A stretch of 64,000 nucleotides of DNA from a virus (IMGVR_UViG_3300028887_000066:96001-160000); one strand, 5' to 3'. Positions 29,795 to 40,766 are shown, numbered from the stretch's first letter. Made by a program: numbers and translations. The notes: generated by a model not told the origin, from the sequence alone.

Positions 29795-31362
29795 TTTTTT
29801 TTTAAACCCAATGATTCTTTTAAGACATTCATCACACTATCGGTGAGCATATCCACAACCTCATCAAATGGTGCTGAACTACCAATCTTCTGACCGTATT
29901 TTTCACTGCCCTTTGCTGAATCATCATTGAAATCCCTGTCTGCCGTACCCTTCATAACTTCCTTATTGTCGGGAGTCGTCATAGGTTCTTTGCCATATTT
30001 AGGGTGCTTACCCCAAGCATCCAATTTCGTTACTTCCTCTTTAACGATTTTGTCTATGCTTTCCTGAAGCTTTGATTCCTTGATGGCTGTTTTTTTGCTA
30101 TCCTCGAATATTTTACTGCATACGTTTTCTACAATGGTGTCAATGGCCTTCTTTTGGGATTCATTCATTTTATCCCAAGTAAGAACCTCTCCGTTTCCAT
30201 GAGGCCCGTCCAATGCTTCCACGTCTTCGGCTTCAGGTTTTGTATTTTCGGAATTTTCATCCATTTTGTCACAAGTTTGTACATCAAGTGAACCATCAGG
30301 GCCTGTAAGCACTTCATTATCACCTGAAATAAGACTTTCGAACTCTTCCATAAGAGAATCTAAGTCAGAATCGTTTCCAGTACCAACAATGTCATCACCT
30401 ACTTCTGACGCAGATTCAGGCTCAACATCATCTATCTGTGCATTACCGAATTCTTCTACTGCATCAGGTTCGGGATATGTTTCCTCTTCACCCTGATCAT
30501 AGAAATTTTCTTCGGCTGGCATACCTGCACCACCTATTGCATCATCATCAGGATATTCAATATCGAAATCATCATCACCAAATGACTCATTAACCATTAC
30601 GGCTTTAGCCCCCTTTGGATTTTTATCAGCTACGCCATCACCGTCAAGATCATCATGAGTAAGTTCATAATCTTTATTCGGATCGCCGCTATCAGTAGCT
30701 TTCTTAGGAGCTTTGTCTGATGTTAACTGTTGCTCAACACCTTTGTCGGCATCAGTATAGTCACTGTTAGCCTTTTTGGGGTCTGTTTCGCTTGCAACGC
30801 TGTCCTTATCCAATGTAGCTTTTGCTTTCTCGTCAAATGGCTCATTGTTTTTCTCTGTGTCAGCGCCAGTTGATTTTCCCTTACTTTCAGCATCGCCATG
30901 ATTACCAATATTGTCCTTGATTCCCATACCACCTGAATTCTCCATAATCTGATGGAGACGGTCAAGTTCCTTTCTTGCGTCCTCTGTCAATGTAGCATAT
31001 GTCTTCTGACTTCTGTCGAAATCAACAGTTGATACATCCTTGTGAACACCATAAGCCTCATTAAGAGCCATCATCTTGAGTTCAAGGTGTTTTGTGGCCT
31101 CATTGTAGCTTTTGTATTCTGTTTCCTTACGGTTATTAAAACCGTTGATATAGTCATATGATTCAGAGATATTCTCTTTACCTTTCTCGGTTGTCTTGAT
31201 ATAGTATTTTGTACCTTCCTTGAGAATACCGTAAATCTTTCCATCAGCACCTTCAGTGTGATATTCCAAGTGTCCGCTATTACTGTTTTTACCTTCATTA
31301 ACAGGCATACGATAACCCATCAGATACTCCATACGAGACAGTTGTTCATCAAACTTTCCCAT
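29791..31362 (-). CDS. Acidic prohead core/internal protein
   Basis: Numerous VNE/LNE/LTE/MNE sites; ADGKIYGILKEGTKYYIK domain; ends GLKKK at an A9G run. Confidence 0.65.
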   Translation of the reverse strand: MGKFDEQLSRMEYLMGYRMPVNEGKNSNSGHLEYHTEGADGKIYGILKEGTKYYIKTTEKGKENISESYDYINGFNNRKETEYKSYNEATKHLELKMMALNEAYGVHKDVSTVDFDRSQKTYATLTEDARKELDRLHQIMENSGGMGIKDNIGNHGDAESKGKSTGADTEKNNEPFDEKAKATLDKDSVASETDPKKANSDYTDADKGVEQQLTSDKAPKKATDSGDPNKDYELTHDDLDGDGVADKNPKGAKAVMVNESFGDDDFDIEYPDDDAIGGAGMPAEENFYDQGEEETYPEPDAVEEFGNAQIDDVEPESASEVGDDIVGTGNDSDLDSLMEEFESLISGDNEVLTGPDGSLDVQTCDKMDENSENTKPEAEDVEALDGPHGNGEVLTWDKMNESQKKAIDTIVENVCSKIFEDSKKTAIKESKLQESIDKIVKEEVTKLDAWGKHPKYGKEPMTTPDNKEVMKGTADRDFNDDSAKGSEKYGQKIGSSAPFDEVVDMLTDSVMNVLKESLGLKKK

Positions 31363-31425
31363 TATATTATTTTGATTTTTATAATCATGATTATTTTATT
31401 ATAAATACGCACTAACAATAAAAAA

Positions 31426-32337
31426 TTAGCCTATGGATTTCAATTTATCATATGTCTTAGCTTTTAAATCCAACAAAATATCCAAATAGCCAAGTCTGCG
31501 TAAAAATTTATATATTACATTATACGGATGCATTTCGCCTCGCGCTTTTAATCCCTCTTTTCTTAATCCCTTTAAAATATCAAATGTTCCTTTAACCTTT
31601 TTTGAAAGTAATCTCAGTTCAGCATCATCATCTGTTTCATCAACCTGTTTTTTTAAAGAAGTAATAATCTTAATGTATTTCATCGTTTTTTCTTTAATGA
31701 AATACTTGTCCAACTTTATAGCCTTGATATTATCCTTTACAGGTTCAACCACCCATTCGTTTCTATTAAGAGAATAAACCCCTGATGCCGTATGTTCTTC
31801 ATTCGTATCCTGCACATACACCTCTACAGGAAAGCCATATATCTTCAGATTTTCATGAACATTATTCCATTCATTTTTCTTAGTATTGAAGTATTCTCTT
31901 ACAAAATCTGTTCTCTCATCGACCTTGCTAAAATCTATTAAGATATGAAGGTCAAAATCCGAAAAACGTGACCAATTATAGTTAGCCAATGACCCAGTAA
32001 GAATAATATCAGAAACATTAACCCACCCAACATTTAATGACTCGATGAAATCATCGGCAATATCTAATAGCCTTAAACGCACTTTTGAGTTTATCTTTCC
32101 TCCTATCCATATCTTAGGATTAAGCTCGTTTTGCGGTCTGAATGAAGATAGGCTGAGTTGCTTCAACAAATCACCCTTTGTAATTGAAAATATCCCATTA
32201 TCGGTTAAATCATCCTCCTTTAACCCTCCGAGATAATTTCCCAATTCTTCATCAATTATATGGGCATCCTTGTCAAAGTCATTAAAACGGCTTAACTTGA
32301 ATTTATACCTATTGTTAAAATCGAAATTCCCAGCCAT
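31426..32337 (-). CDS. Pol-beta superfamily nucleotidyltransferase
   Basis: ILTGSLANYNWSRFSDFDLHI (GS..DxD) and PVEVYVQD. Confidence 0.8.
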   Translation of the reverse strand: MAGNFDFNNRYKFKLSRFNDFDKDAHIIDEELGNYLGGLKEDDLTDNGIFSITKGDLLKQLSLSSFRPQNELNPKIWIGGKINSKVRLRLLDIADDFIESLNVGWVNVSDIILTGSLANYNWSRFSDFDLHILIDFSKVDERTDFVREYFNTKKNEWNNVHENLKIYGFPVEVYVQDTNEEHTASGVYSLNRNEWVVEPVKDNIKAIKLDKYFIKEKTMKYIKIITSLKKQVDETDDDAELRLLSKKVKGTFDILKGLRKEGLKARGEMHPYNVIYKFLRRLGYLDILLDLKAKTYDKLKSIG

Positions 32338-32349
32338 ATTTCTTATTGT

Positions 32350-32736
32350 TTAATGTACAAACGTTCTAAGATAATTCCATGTATTGATGTCCGTCATAAA
32401 ATCATCAAGTACATTTTGTATACCATTGTGTTCAGAAACGTCACCGACTTTTTCCTTAAATGAAAGCACATCTTCTTTCATTTCCTTCAGCATGTCAGCC
32501 AATGATGTGGCATTTGGAAGCAATGTCTTCAAATCACCGACACCAAATCTTGTATCAAGGCAACCCATTACGGTTTCAGCCACCTTATCTTCATAACTTA
32601 ACACTTGCTGATTAATATTGTCAATCAATACGTGTTCAGAATTAGTCGCAGCCGCCCAATGAAGTTCATGCCCTCTCTGTATATATCCTTCAAGCATTGA
32701 GAGGAATTCTTTTGTATTGTTTTTTAAATTAGCCAT
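32350..32736 (-). CDS. Ferritin/Dps-like protein
   Basis: HELHWAA..EHVLID..EDKVAE..YL four-helix bundle pattern. Confidence 0.65.
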   Translation of the reverse strand: MANLKNNTKEFLSMLEGYIQRGHELHWAAATNSEHVLIDNINQQVLSYEDKVAETVMGCLDTRFGVGDLKTLLPNATSLADMLKEMKEDVLSFKEKVGDVSEHNGIQNVLDDFMTDINTWNYLRTFVH

Positions 32737-32815
32737 TTTCAATAGTATTTACTAATATAAATATCACATAAAACAACAAAACCTCAATATTTAATATAAA
32801 ATAGGCACAATGCAA

Positions 32816-33196
32816 ATGGCAAACAAAAATATATTCCTTACTGAAAAGCAAATAAAACAAATAAAGGAAAGCAGGAAAATGCCCAAATGGAATGTCGAGC
32901 CACAAAAAGTCTTAGTAATAAAAAAATATCTTGACAACGGTTTTAAACGAGGCACAATAAGCGGGCTTGGGGAAGATGGCTATCCAAAAGACATTAAAAT
33001 AGTGGCTATGCTTTCAAGTAATGGCACACCGTTAAAAAATATGACGGCCATTCAGTTATTCTACCTTCTTCAGGACAGATTCTCAAAAATTTATCCCGAT
33101 AAAAAACAAAGAGATGAATTCCTTTGGGAAGTAATGAATGATTGGTATGATGAAAAAATAAGTAAAAACGGACTTTTATCAAAAAACAAATACTAA
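32816..33196 (+). CDS. Hypothetical protein with putative head-targeting N-terminus
   Basis: MANKNIFLTEKQIKQIKES. Confidence 0.55.
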   Translation: MANKNIFLTEKQIKQIKESRKMPKWNVEPQKVLVIKKYLDNGFKRGTISGLGEDGYPKDIKIVAMLSSNGTPLKNMTAIQLFYLLQDRFSKIYPDKKQRDEFLWEVMNDWYDEKISKNGLLSKNKY

Positions 33197-33226
33197 AAAA
33201 TGAGAGGGTTAAAATTCCCTCTCATT

Positions 33227-35779
33227 TTATTTTATATTAATTTCATCATTTTCCACAAATAATCGGATTACTCTATTTTCTTCATTTTCCAATATGTAAT
33301 CGGCTAATTTATTCTCTATCTTAGTTTGTATAGTTCTTATAATTGGCCTCGCGCCATATTCTTTTTCGCTATCCACAAATTTAAATATGAATTCCGTTAC
33401 ATCTTCTCCATATTTTACGGTATAGCCAATTTCCGAAACCCTTTTTACGAGTTTACCCATCTCCAAATCAATGATTTTCTTTATACTGTCAGAACCAAGA
33501 TCATTATAATAAATTATATCATCCAGACGATTTATGAATTCAGGAGGAAACTTATTCTTCAATTCCTTTTTGATAATATCCTTCTTGTTAATTGATTCAT
33601 TAACGACAAATCCCATCGTTGAATGATTTGATGCTTTTTTTGCTCCGACATTTGATGTCAGGAGTATTATCGTGTTCTTGAAATCTACTCTGTTTCCCAT
33701 ATTGTCAGTGAGAAAACCATCATCAAATACTTGGAGAAAAATATTGTATACCTCGTCATCGGCTTTTTCTATTTCATCAATAAGCAAAACGGCATGTTTT
33801 TTATTTTTTATCGCTTCTGTAAGTAATCCGCCGTTTTCATAACCGACATATCCAGCATTTGAACCTATGAGCTTATTTACTGATGTTTTATCTGCATATT
33901 CAGACATGTCAAACCTTACAAGATATTTTTCATCACCGAATATCTCCTTTGCCAACATTTTAGCTGTCAGTGTTTTACCAACGCCTGAGTTTCCCAATAA
34001 TAATGCCGTATATGTCGGTCTATTAGTCGGGAACAATCCTATCTTACTTCTTTTAATAGCATTGGTTATTGATATTATTGCTTCATCCTGTCCGATTATG
34101 TTAGCTCTTAGAACTTTATCTATATTTGCTACTGACTTCTTTTCGGAGATATTTATCTTTTCCACTGGAATATTTGTATGGGAGGCTACTGTTTCGTAAA
34201 GGTCGAGCATTGTAACAGTCCGCTCTTCATTTGTGGGGTTTTCTGATTTTGCAATACCATTGACTATTTCACTATTAAGTTCAATAATTCTTGCTTCTAA
34301 TTCTTTGGCCTCATTTATCTGATCGGTTCTAATGCAAATATCCTTCTTACTCTTCAGTAAAGCGACCTCACGCATTTTAGTATTGATGCCAGTACTATTT
34401 TTTAATTTTAATTTCCTGAACGCTCCTGTTTCATCCAAAATGTCAATAGCTGATGAAGGCAATGATATTTCGGGTATATATCTCTTTGACAACTTCACGC
34501 ATGCAGATAAGACATCATCTGAATATGTTACTTTATGATATTGCTCATAATATGATTTTATATTGGTCAAAATCTGTAATGTTTCATCCTCATTAGTCCC
34601 TTCTATGGCTACTTTTTGAAATTTACGCATTATATTCTGTCCTGATTGCAAAATTGTCTTATAGCCCTTTTCATTAGTCGCCAATATCAATTTTACACTA
34701 TTGTCTGAAATATTCTCCTCGATAAGTTCAATAAAACTATAATCATCGTTTTTTCTGTCATTTATCAATGAATGAGCATCATCTATAAATAAAACAGAAT
34801 TCTTAATGTTTTTAAGTTCGTTGAATACCTTTCCGACCCTCTCTTCAAACATTCCCCTTAAATTTGTGCCTGAAATTAATTCATTGACATTAAGGCAAAA
34901 GAATTTATAATCTATGAGAGAAACAGGGGCTGTCCTTTCCTGTACCATTTTTGCAAGCCCTTCGACAAGAGCAGTTTTTCCTACACCCGATTTTCCGACA
35001 AGTATTACATTATTGCACTTTCTTCTTGCAAATACCTTTTCTATATTAGCAATCTCCTTTTTACGCCCTATAATAGGGTCTATTTTTCCATTTTCCGCTA
35101 ATTTATTAAGATTTTTACAATATTGTATCTGAGTCTTTACGCTTTTCTTTTGCTCCTTGTTTATCTCATTCAATAAAGAAGGAACTGCCCCCTGAAGAAC
35201 ATCTTTTATTTCGTTAGTATCTCCACCTTCTGATATTATCGTAATGCCAGCTATTGTCATTGGCTTCTCCGTATTAGAAGGCTCGTTTATGTTTTCTGTT
35301 ATTTCATGCAGTTTCTTCACTTTTTCGAATAACGTATCATAAGTAAGACCGTTTTCCGTAAATGCTTTCTTTACTTTCGTATCTTGTTGGTCAGCCAATA
35401 TTGATAAAAGTACATGGTCGGACGTTATCAGCTTTGAGCCTATTTTCTCTTTTTCATCGTATGATTTTGAAAGATACTTTGTAAATTCGGCTGAATAATC
35501 AATTGTGCGCCCTGGACGAATTGCGGACAATAAGGAATCCTGTACACTAAGATAAAACACATCGTGTATATTTCCTATTACAAATGTATTCAAAAAACTA
35601 TTAACGGCCTTATAAAGCATACAATCACTTGTCTCCAATGCATACATAAGGAAAAAGTCCGTAGTTATCTCACTTACAGGGTTTTCAGATTGCATCGAAG
35701 ACATCATATCACTGAGCAAACTATTAAGCTCATTTGAAAAATATTTCTTATAATCTATAGATTTACGTATTGGCTGCAT
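33227..35779 (-). CDS. clpC: ClpC-like AAA+ unfoldase
   Basis: Clp-N repeats; GKIDPIIGR; GKSGVGKT; second AAA GNSGVGKT, DMSEY, LIDEIEKA; MGF ClpP-docking loop. Confidence 0.88.
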   Translation of the reverse strand: MQPIRKSIDYKKYFSNELNSLLSDMMSSMQSENPVSEITTDFFLMYALETSDCMLYKAVNSFLNTFVIGNIHDVFYLSVQDSLLSAIRPGRTIDYSAEFTKYLSKSYDEKEKIGSKLITSDHVLLSILADQQDTKVKKAFTENGLTYDTLFEKVKKLHEITENINEPSNTEKPMTIAGITIISEGGDTNEIKDVLQGAVPSLLNEINKEQKKSVKTQIQYCKNLNKLAENGKIDPIIGRKKEIANIEKVFARRKCNNVILVGKSGVGKTALVEGLAKMVQERTAPVSLIDYKFFCLNVNELISGTNLRGMFEERVGKVFNELKNIKNSVLFIDDAHSLINDRKNDDYSFIELIEENISDNSVKLILATNEKGYKTILQSGQNIMRKFQKVAIEGTNEDETLQILTNIKSYYEQYHKVTYSDDVLSACVKLSKRYIPEISLPSSAIDILDETGAFRKLKLKNSTGINTKMREVALLKSKKDICIRTDQINEAKELEARIIELNSEIVNGIAKSENPTNEERTVTMLDLYETVASHTNIPVEKINISEKKSVANIDKVLRANIIGQDEAIISITNAIKRSKIGLFPTNRPTYTALLLGNSGVGKTLTAKMLAKEIFGDEKYLVRFDMSEYADKTSVNKLIGSNAGYVGYENGGLLTEAIKNKKHAVLLIDEIEKADDEVYNIFLQVFDDGFLTDNMGNRVDFKNTIILLTSNVGAKKASNHSTMGFVVNESINKKDIIKKELKNKFPPEFINRLDDIIYYNDLGSDSIKKIIDLEMGKLVKRVSEIGYTVKYGEDVTEFIFKFVDSEKEYGARPIIRTIQTKIENKLADYILENEENRVIRLFVENDEINIK

Positions 35780-35839
35780 TCAATCATTTACTTTCTTTAA
35801 AAATACGTTATTTTTCTCTAAAATAAATACTTTTGGACT

Positions 35840-36187
35840 ATGATTATTTGCAGGGATTATAATGAAGAAAAACGCCTTGACAAGGCTTGGTACAATTCAT
35901 CCAATATACTTTATTCCGAATGTGACGACAATTTAAACGAATTAAAAACTCTAAGGGTAACATTCAAAAACGGAGCCACTTACCAATATTCGGAAGTTGA
36001 TGTTAACGATTATCTTATGTTTATGCATGGCGGTTTGGACGGATCAAACGGAAAGGCATTAAATAAATATATAAAGCCAAAATGTAAATACGAAAGACTG
36101 TCAGATAAAAATGTTAATGAAATAAACGAGGAAATGGAAAAACTGTTAAAAGAACAGGCAGAAAAAAAGAAAAATACCATTTCATAA
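35840..36187 (+). CDS. KTSC domain protein
   Basis: SSNI..LRVTFKNGATYQY..V..Y..F..SNGKALNKYIK. Confidence 0.75.
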   Translation: MIICRDYNEEKRLDKAWYNSSNILYSECDDNLNELKTLRVTFKNGATYQYSEVDVNDYLMFMHGGLDGSNGKALNKYIKPKCKYERLSDKNVNEINEEMEKLLKEQAEKKKNTIS

Positions 36188-36246
36188 TTTATTTTTATAA
36201 CAATTCATGTATTTATAGGTGAATAGAGGAAAGTATCCTCACAGAA

Positions 36247-36543
36247 ATGATGAAAGAGCAATTATTAACCATGTGGCAAATGCTGATACACACATGTGTA
36301 TTCCAACCATTCAGTATCGTATCAGGTTCGATGCTTACGTTTGCGACTATTGCGTGGATGTCTATGTATCATTCTGTTCTTACGACAATGTGGTTATGCC
36401 CACTACTAGTTTTAGGTATCTATTTTTCAATAGCATTGATAAATTGTAAAATACTGCATTTGGTAAAAAGGTATGACTTGAAATGCTATACTATGGGATT
36501 TGTATTGGGATGCGCTTGGATTGTGTTATTAATGTCACTTTAG
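36247..36543 (+). CDS. Small membrane protein
   Basis: Three hydrophobic segments; TATTTATA upstream (about 36211). Confidence 0.5.
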   Translation: MMKEQLLTMWQMLIHTCVFQPFSIVSGSMLTFATIAWMSMYHSVLTTMWLCPLLVLGIYFSIALINCKILHLVKRYDLKCYTMGFVLGCAWIVLLMSL

Positions 36544-36575
36544 AAAAGAAATAAAAAAACCGCTTCTGATTTACA

Positions 36576-37532
36576 TCAGATAGCGGTATTATTTTGCCCC
36601 TTCATTTCATGAAATAGCTTTTCAGCCTCGTCGATATTGTATGTATCACTTTGTTTCATCAACTCGACACTAAAATCGAGAGTTTGTTTTCCTTCCCTTG
36701 GAGCCTTGTTTTTGAATTTTTCGTCAGCTTTTTCATCGTATATTTCATCAAGCAGGTCTTTACCATCATAAACAATATCGGCAGTAAACTTTAACACATA
36801 GTCTCCATCAAACTTTACAATATTGTCGAATTCAATGTTATTATATTCATACAATTTCAAATCATCAGTACCAAAAGCTCTGAATGATATAAATTTAACC
36901 CCATTGAAATCAACGATTTCAGACTTTACATCACCCTGATAAACCCTGTCTAATTCATTAAGGAATACCCTATGTATCTTATCAAATTGTTTTTGATATA
37001 TAGGAGTGTAGAAATCAAGCATTACCGCCGTTTCATTTATTCTTTTTACGACAAGTTTTGTTGTATACTCCTCAATTCTTAACTTTGGAATGTAGTCACG
37101 AATGACATCTAATGTATATTCTTTCTTTTCCTTCAAACGATAGTCATCTTCGTTTATATTGTCTGTCAGAGTACCAGCGTCCTCAATATTTGGCTGAAGA
37201 AGTTGTATTTCAAATCCGTCTGAATTTTCGATTTTCCCATTATATGTAAAAAAATCATTTTTAATTCTTGCAACGCCATTTCCAATGTATTCATATTTAT
37301 GGGAGGCACGTTCAGAATAGTACATTTCATGCCTTAGTTCCTTAACTTCCTGTGTCACTTCACCCCTTAACAGATCCTTATAGACACTATCTTGTTCATC
37401 ATGACGCTCTATAGGCAACCACCCACTATCCAACTCATTCTTATTACCAAATGCGACCTTATCAGCAGAGCGGAGACCCCAAAATAGATATATTGCAATG
37501 GTTCTGAAGAAATTCTTGAATTTTTCTATCAT
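36576..37532 (-). CDS. Hypothetical protein
   Basis: 318-aa ORF in the clpX operon. Confidence 0.65.
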   Translation of the reverse strand: MIEKFKNFFRTIAIYLFWGLRSADKVAFGNKNELDSGWLPIERHDEQDSVYKDLLRGEVTQEVKELRHEMYYSERASHKYEYIGNGVARIKNDFFTYNGKIENSDGFEIQLLQPNIEDAGTLTDNINEDDYRLKEKKEYTLDVIRDYIPKLRIEEYTTKLVVKRINETAVMLDFYTPIYQKQFDKIHRVFLNELDRVYQGDVKSEIVDFNGVKFISFRAFGTDDLKLYEYNNIEFDNIVKFDGDYVLKFTADIVYDGKDLLDEIYDEKADEKFKNKAPREGKQTLDFSVELMKQSDTYNIDEAEKLFHEMKGQNNTAI

Positions 37533-37533
37533 T

Positions 37534-37767
37534 TCACATAAGGCTATTTAATCTATTCTCTATTTCCATGAGAATAGTTTTTTTATAATTGTCGTATTTT
37601 TTTAGTTTTTCTTTTGCGTCATTATACTCAATTGTATATGTATGCTCATTAGCTCTTGCTAAATTATCATATTCAGAAACTAATAAACAAGCCATTTTAT
37701 ATAAAGTGTATAGACTTTCTAAAGAAAACTCAACAAATTTCGTGCCATTCTTGCCTTTTGCAGCCAT
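37534..37767 (-). CDS. Hypothetical protein
   Basis: ORF tightly packed between clpX and the next gene. Confidence 0.6.
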   Translation of the reverse strand: MAAKGKNGTKFVEFSLESLYTLYKMACLLVSEYDNLARANEHTYTIEYNDAKEKLKKYDNYKKTILMEIENRLNSLM

Positions 37768-37770
37768 AAT

Positions 37771-38889
37771 TTATGCAGTTTTTCTCAATTTCTTATATCT
37801 TTCAGGATATTTGTCCTGTACCATTTCCTTTGTAATTCTCACATCAACGGACTTTCCGTTATTTGCTGCCACGTTTTTAGGTGTATTGTACATGACATCA
37901 TCCATCACTTTTTCGACAACGGAACGTAAACCTCTTGCACCTGTTTCCATATCGTATGCAATGTCGGCAATTTCCATAAGGGCATCTTCATCAAATTTAA
38001 GATTCGCACCATCCATTGCAAGAAGTTCAGTATACTGTTTTACAAGTGAGTTTTTAGGTTCTTTTAGAATCCGAACCAATTCCTCCCGTCCAAGCTTTCC
38101 GACATGCGCAATCACAGGAAAACGTCCGACGAATTCGGGAATAAAACCATAACTTTTCAAGTCTTGTGGAGTTACTTTACTCAACAAATCATCAGTAGTG
38201 TTTATCTCCATTTTTTCTACGTTAAAACCTATTCTCTGCGCACCAATACGCTTTTTTATTACATCTTCAAGCCCAACGAATGCGCCGATTCCAATAAAAA
38301 GGATATTTGTCGTATCAAGATATATAAGTTGCTGTTCAGGGTGTTTTCTCCCTCCTGCTGGTGGAACTCCAACCAAGTCACCCTCAACCATCTTCAAAAA
38401 ACATTGTTGCACACATTCACCAGATACGTCACGGGTGATTGACGGGCCCGCCTCTTTCTTTGCAATCTTGTCAATTTCATCTAATACGACAATTCCAAGC
38501 TGTGCCTTTTGAATATCGTAGTTACATGAACGCAATAATCCAACAAGACATTCTTCTACATCAGCTCCGACATATCCTGCTGCTGTATAACTGCTTGCAT
38601 TACCTATTGTAAAACCAACACCAAGAAGTTCTGCAATCTTCTTTATCATATAAGTTTTACCGCCTCCACTCTGTCCTAATATAATAGTGTTTGATTTGTC
38701 CAACTCGACACCTGTACGCTGTGTCTGACTATTATAAATTATCTTTTTGTAGTGATTATAAACAGCCACTGACAATGTTCTTTTAGCCTCTTCCTGTCCG
38801 ACAATATACTGATCAAGATAAGCTTTAATCTCATCAGGACGCATCAAATTTACTTTTTCCGTACTTTCAGTCTCTTTTTTCTTTCCCAT
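37771..38889 (-). CDS. clpX: ClpX ATPase lacking the N-terminal zinc-binding domain
   Basis: LDQYIVGQEEAKRTLSVAVYNH, AGYVGADVE, DEIDKI, SITRDVSGE, GGRKHP, IGF loop, TGARGLR. Confidence 0.93.
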   Translation of the reverse strand: MGKKKETESTEKVNLMRPDEIKAYLDQYIVGQEEAKRTLSVAVYNHYKKIIYNSQTQRTGVELDKSNTIILGQSGGGKTYMIKKIAELLGVGFTIGNASSYTAAGYVGADVEECLVGLLRSCNYDIQKAQLGIVVLDEIDKIAKKEAGPSITRDVSGECVQQCFLKMVEGDLVGVPPAGGRKHPEQQLIYLDTTNILFIGIGAFVGLEDVIKKRIGAQRIGFNVEKMEINTTDDLLSKVTPQDLKSYGFIPEFVGRFPVIAHVGKLGREELVRILKEPKNSLVKQYTELLAMDGANLKFDEDALMEIADIAYDMETGARGLRSVVEKVMDDVMYNTPKNVAANNGKSVDVRITKEMVQDKYPERYKKLRKTA

Positions 38890-38923
38890 TATAAATTATT
38901 TCAAATTGTGTAACAAATATACA

Positions 38924-40690
38924 TTATTTTAGCATAACAGCAAATTTGCTTGCTGCTTTTTTTTTGTTTCTCTTAGTAACTGTATTTTTTTCCTCATTAT
39001 CGTCTTGCCCAAGAACTTTTGGCTGTGCCAACGTAATATTAGCCACCGTTTCATCGTGATTTAGCTTTTTCCGCATATATTCCACCTGTGCTTTCATATT
39101 AGAAGGTTCAAACAATGAACTGCTATAGCCAAATGTTTTTTTCTCCTCTTCTATAAAATTCAAAGTCTTCTTAGCTCTAGTATATGCAACATACATTAGG
39201 TTTTTCTCAGTTTTAACTTCCCAATCCTTTTTTGCGTATTTGCTCGGCATCAATGATGGATACAAAATAAATACATTATCCGCTTCAAGACCTTTTGCCT
39301 TATGCACCGTCGAAAGCTGAATAGCGTCTTTTTCAGTACCGCTGAATATCACATTTATTTTGTCTACAAGTTCATCTACAGTAGTTAGTCCTTCTGATAC
39401 AACACGGATACCCTCTATGGTGTCAAACATTGAATAAACACTTGTGTGCATTATAGCATCGTCATCATCCAAACCGAAATCACGTTTTACAATATCTATT
39501 TGTTCCAAAAGTCCCTCATACATTTTCGGAAACAAACCGTTTTTAGTTGTGCAGCTCTTATCTATTATCTTTGCTAATGTTGAATTGATCAATTGGATGT
39601 ATTTTTCTTTGATATTATCAAACCCCATTACATATGACTTCTTGTTGACCCTAATATATTGAAGATGTAAATCTACCAACGGAGCCGTATTCCTGCATAA
39701 TACCATATCATTTGAAGTGGGTGAATATTTTGATACACCATATTTTATCTCACCATCAATGGCGTTGTCGGCCGCAACTATATTATCAGAAAAGTTTTTT
39801 GCCAAATCGACCACTTTTTTCGGGCATCTGTATGTAATTGGAAGAGTGAATAAATTAGTGTTAGGGTATTTTCCAAAATTGTTAATAGCTTCTTCGGAAC
39901 TGCCACACCATACATTAATTTGCTGAAATTGATCACATACTACAATGAATCTTGCCCCTCTCTTAAAACACTTGTCTATTATATTTTGCTCGGCTATTGA
40001 GGTATCCTGTGCCTCATCGATAAGTATCCAGTCAAAAAGATATTTTTTTGTTAGAAGATTAAGTACATTTGGTAGCCATATCATATCCGTATAATCGATT
40101 TGGGAAATATTTTCCTTTCCCCACTTTAATACTTCTCTGCATACGTCCACCTCATCCCTTAATAGTACCAAACCATATTTATCACTGATTCTTTTTATCT
40201 CTTTTTCAGTAAAAGCTAAATAATATCTGGAATATTCTACTAAATCAATAATATTGTTTATGTATAATATCCTATTTTTAGATAAACTTTTAGTTTCTTT
40301 ATAACATGTAATATTATCTATATTATTTTTAATATAATTCCTGTATTTGAATTCATTTATAAAATTATCTTCATGTTCATGATTATCATGTAAATTTTCT
40401 TTTAATATAGAATAGCCAAGGGAATGAAACGTTGAAATTTTTGTGTTTTTTCTCTCACCAACTCTCTTCCTAATACTTTCAACAATATCTTTGTTAAATG
40501 CTATAAACAATATCTTTTTATTTTCATCAATAAGATTGATGCAATTTATGATTGTTGTACTTTTTGCCGCTCCCGCCGCAGCACTTATGATCATATTGCC
40601 AACACCATGTTCGACATTATCAAATATCCTGCATTGATATTCTGAGGCCCTAAATTCCTTCTCACCGTACTTTATGGTATATTCTTTCAT
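38924..40690 (-). CDS. UvrD/Rep-family SF1 helicase
   Basis: AAAGAAKST (variant Walker A), AFNK, STFHSLG, IDEAQD, TYRCP, STVHKAKGLE, YVAYTRA. Confidence 0.9.
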   Translation of the reverse strand: MKEYTIKYGEKEFRASEYQCRIFDNVEHGVGNMIISAAAGAAKSTTIINCINLIDENKKILFIAFNKDIVESIRKRVGERKNTKISTFHSLGYSILKENLHDNHEHEDNFINEFKYRNYIKNNIDNITCYKETKSLSKNRILYINNIIDLVEYSRYYLAFTEKEIKRISDKYGLVLLRDEVDVCREVLKWGKENISQIDYTDMIWLPNVLNLLTKKYLFDWILIDEAQDTSIAEQNIIDKCFKRGARFIVVCDQFQQINVWCGSSEEAINNFGKYPNTNLFTLPITYRCPKKVVDLAKNFSDNIVAADNAIDGEIKYGVSKYSPTSNDMVLCRNTAPLVDLHLQYIRVNKKSYVMGFDNIKEKYIQLINSTLAKIIDKSCTTKNGLFPKMYEGLLEQIDIVKRDFGLDDDDAIMHTSVYSMFDTIEGIRVVSEGLTTVDELVDKINVIFSGTEKDAIQLSTVHKAKGLEADNVFILYPSLMPSKYAKKDWEVKTEKNLMYVAYTRAKKTLNFIEEEKKTFGYSSSLFEPSNMKAQVEYMRKKLNHDETVANITLAQPKVLGQDDNEEKNTVTKRNKKKAASKFAVMLK

Positions 40691-40766
40691 CGATTAAAAT
40701 TTACTGATATTAGTAAATATACAAAAAAATATGGAGTATCCTATTAATAAGAACACTCCATAAACT

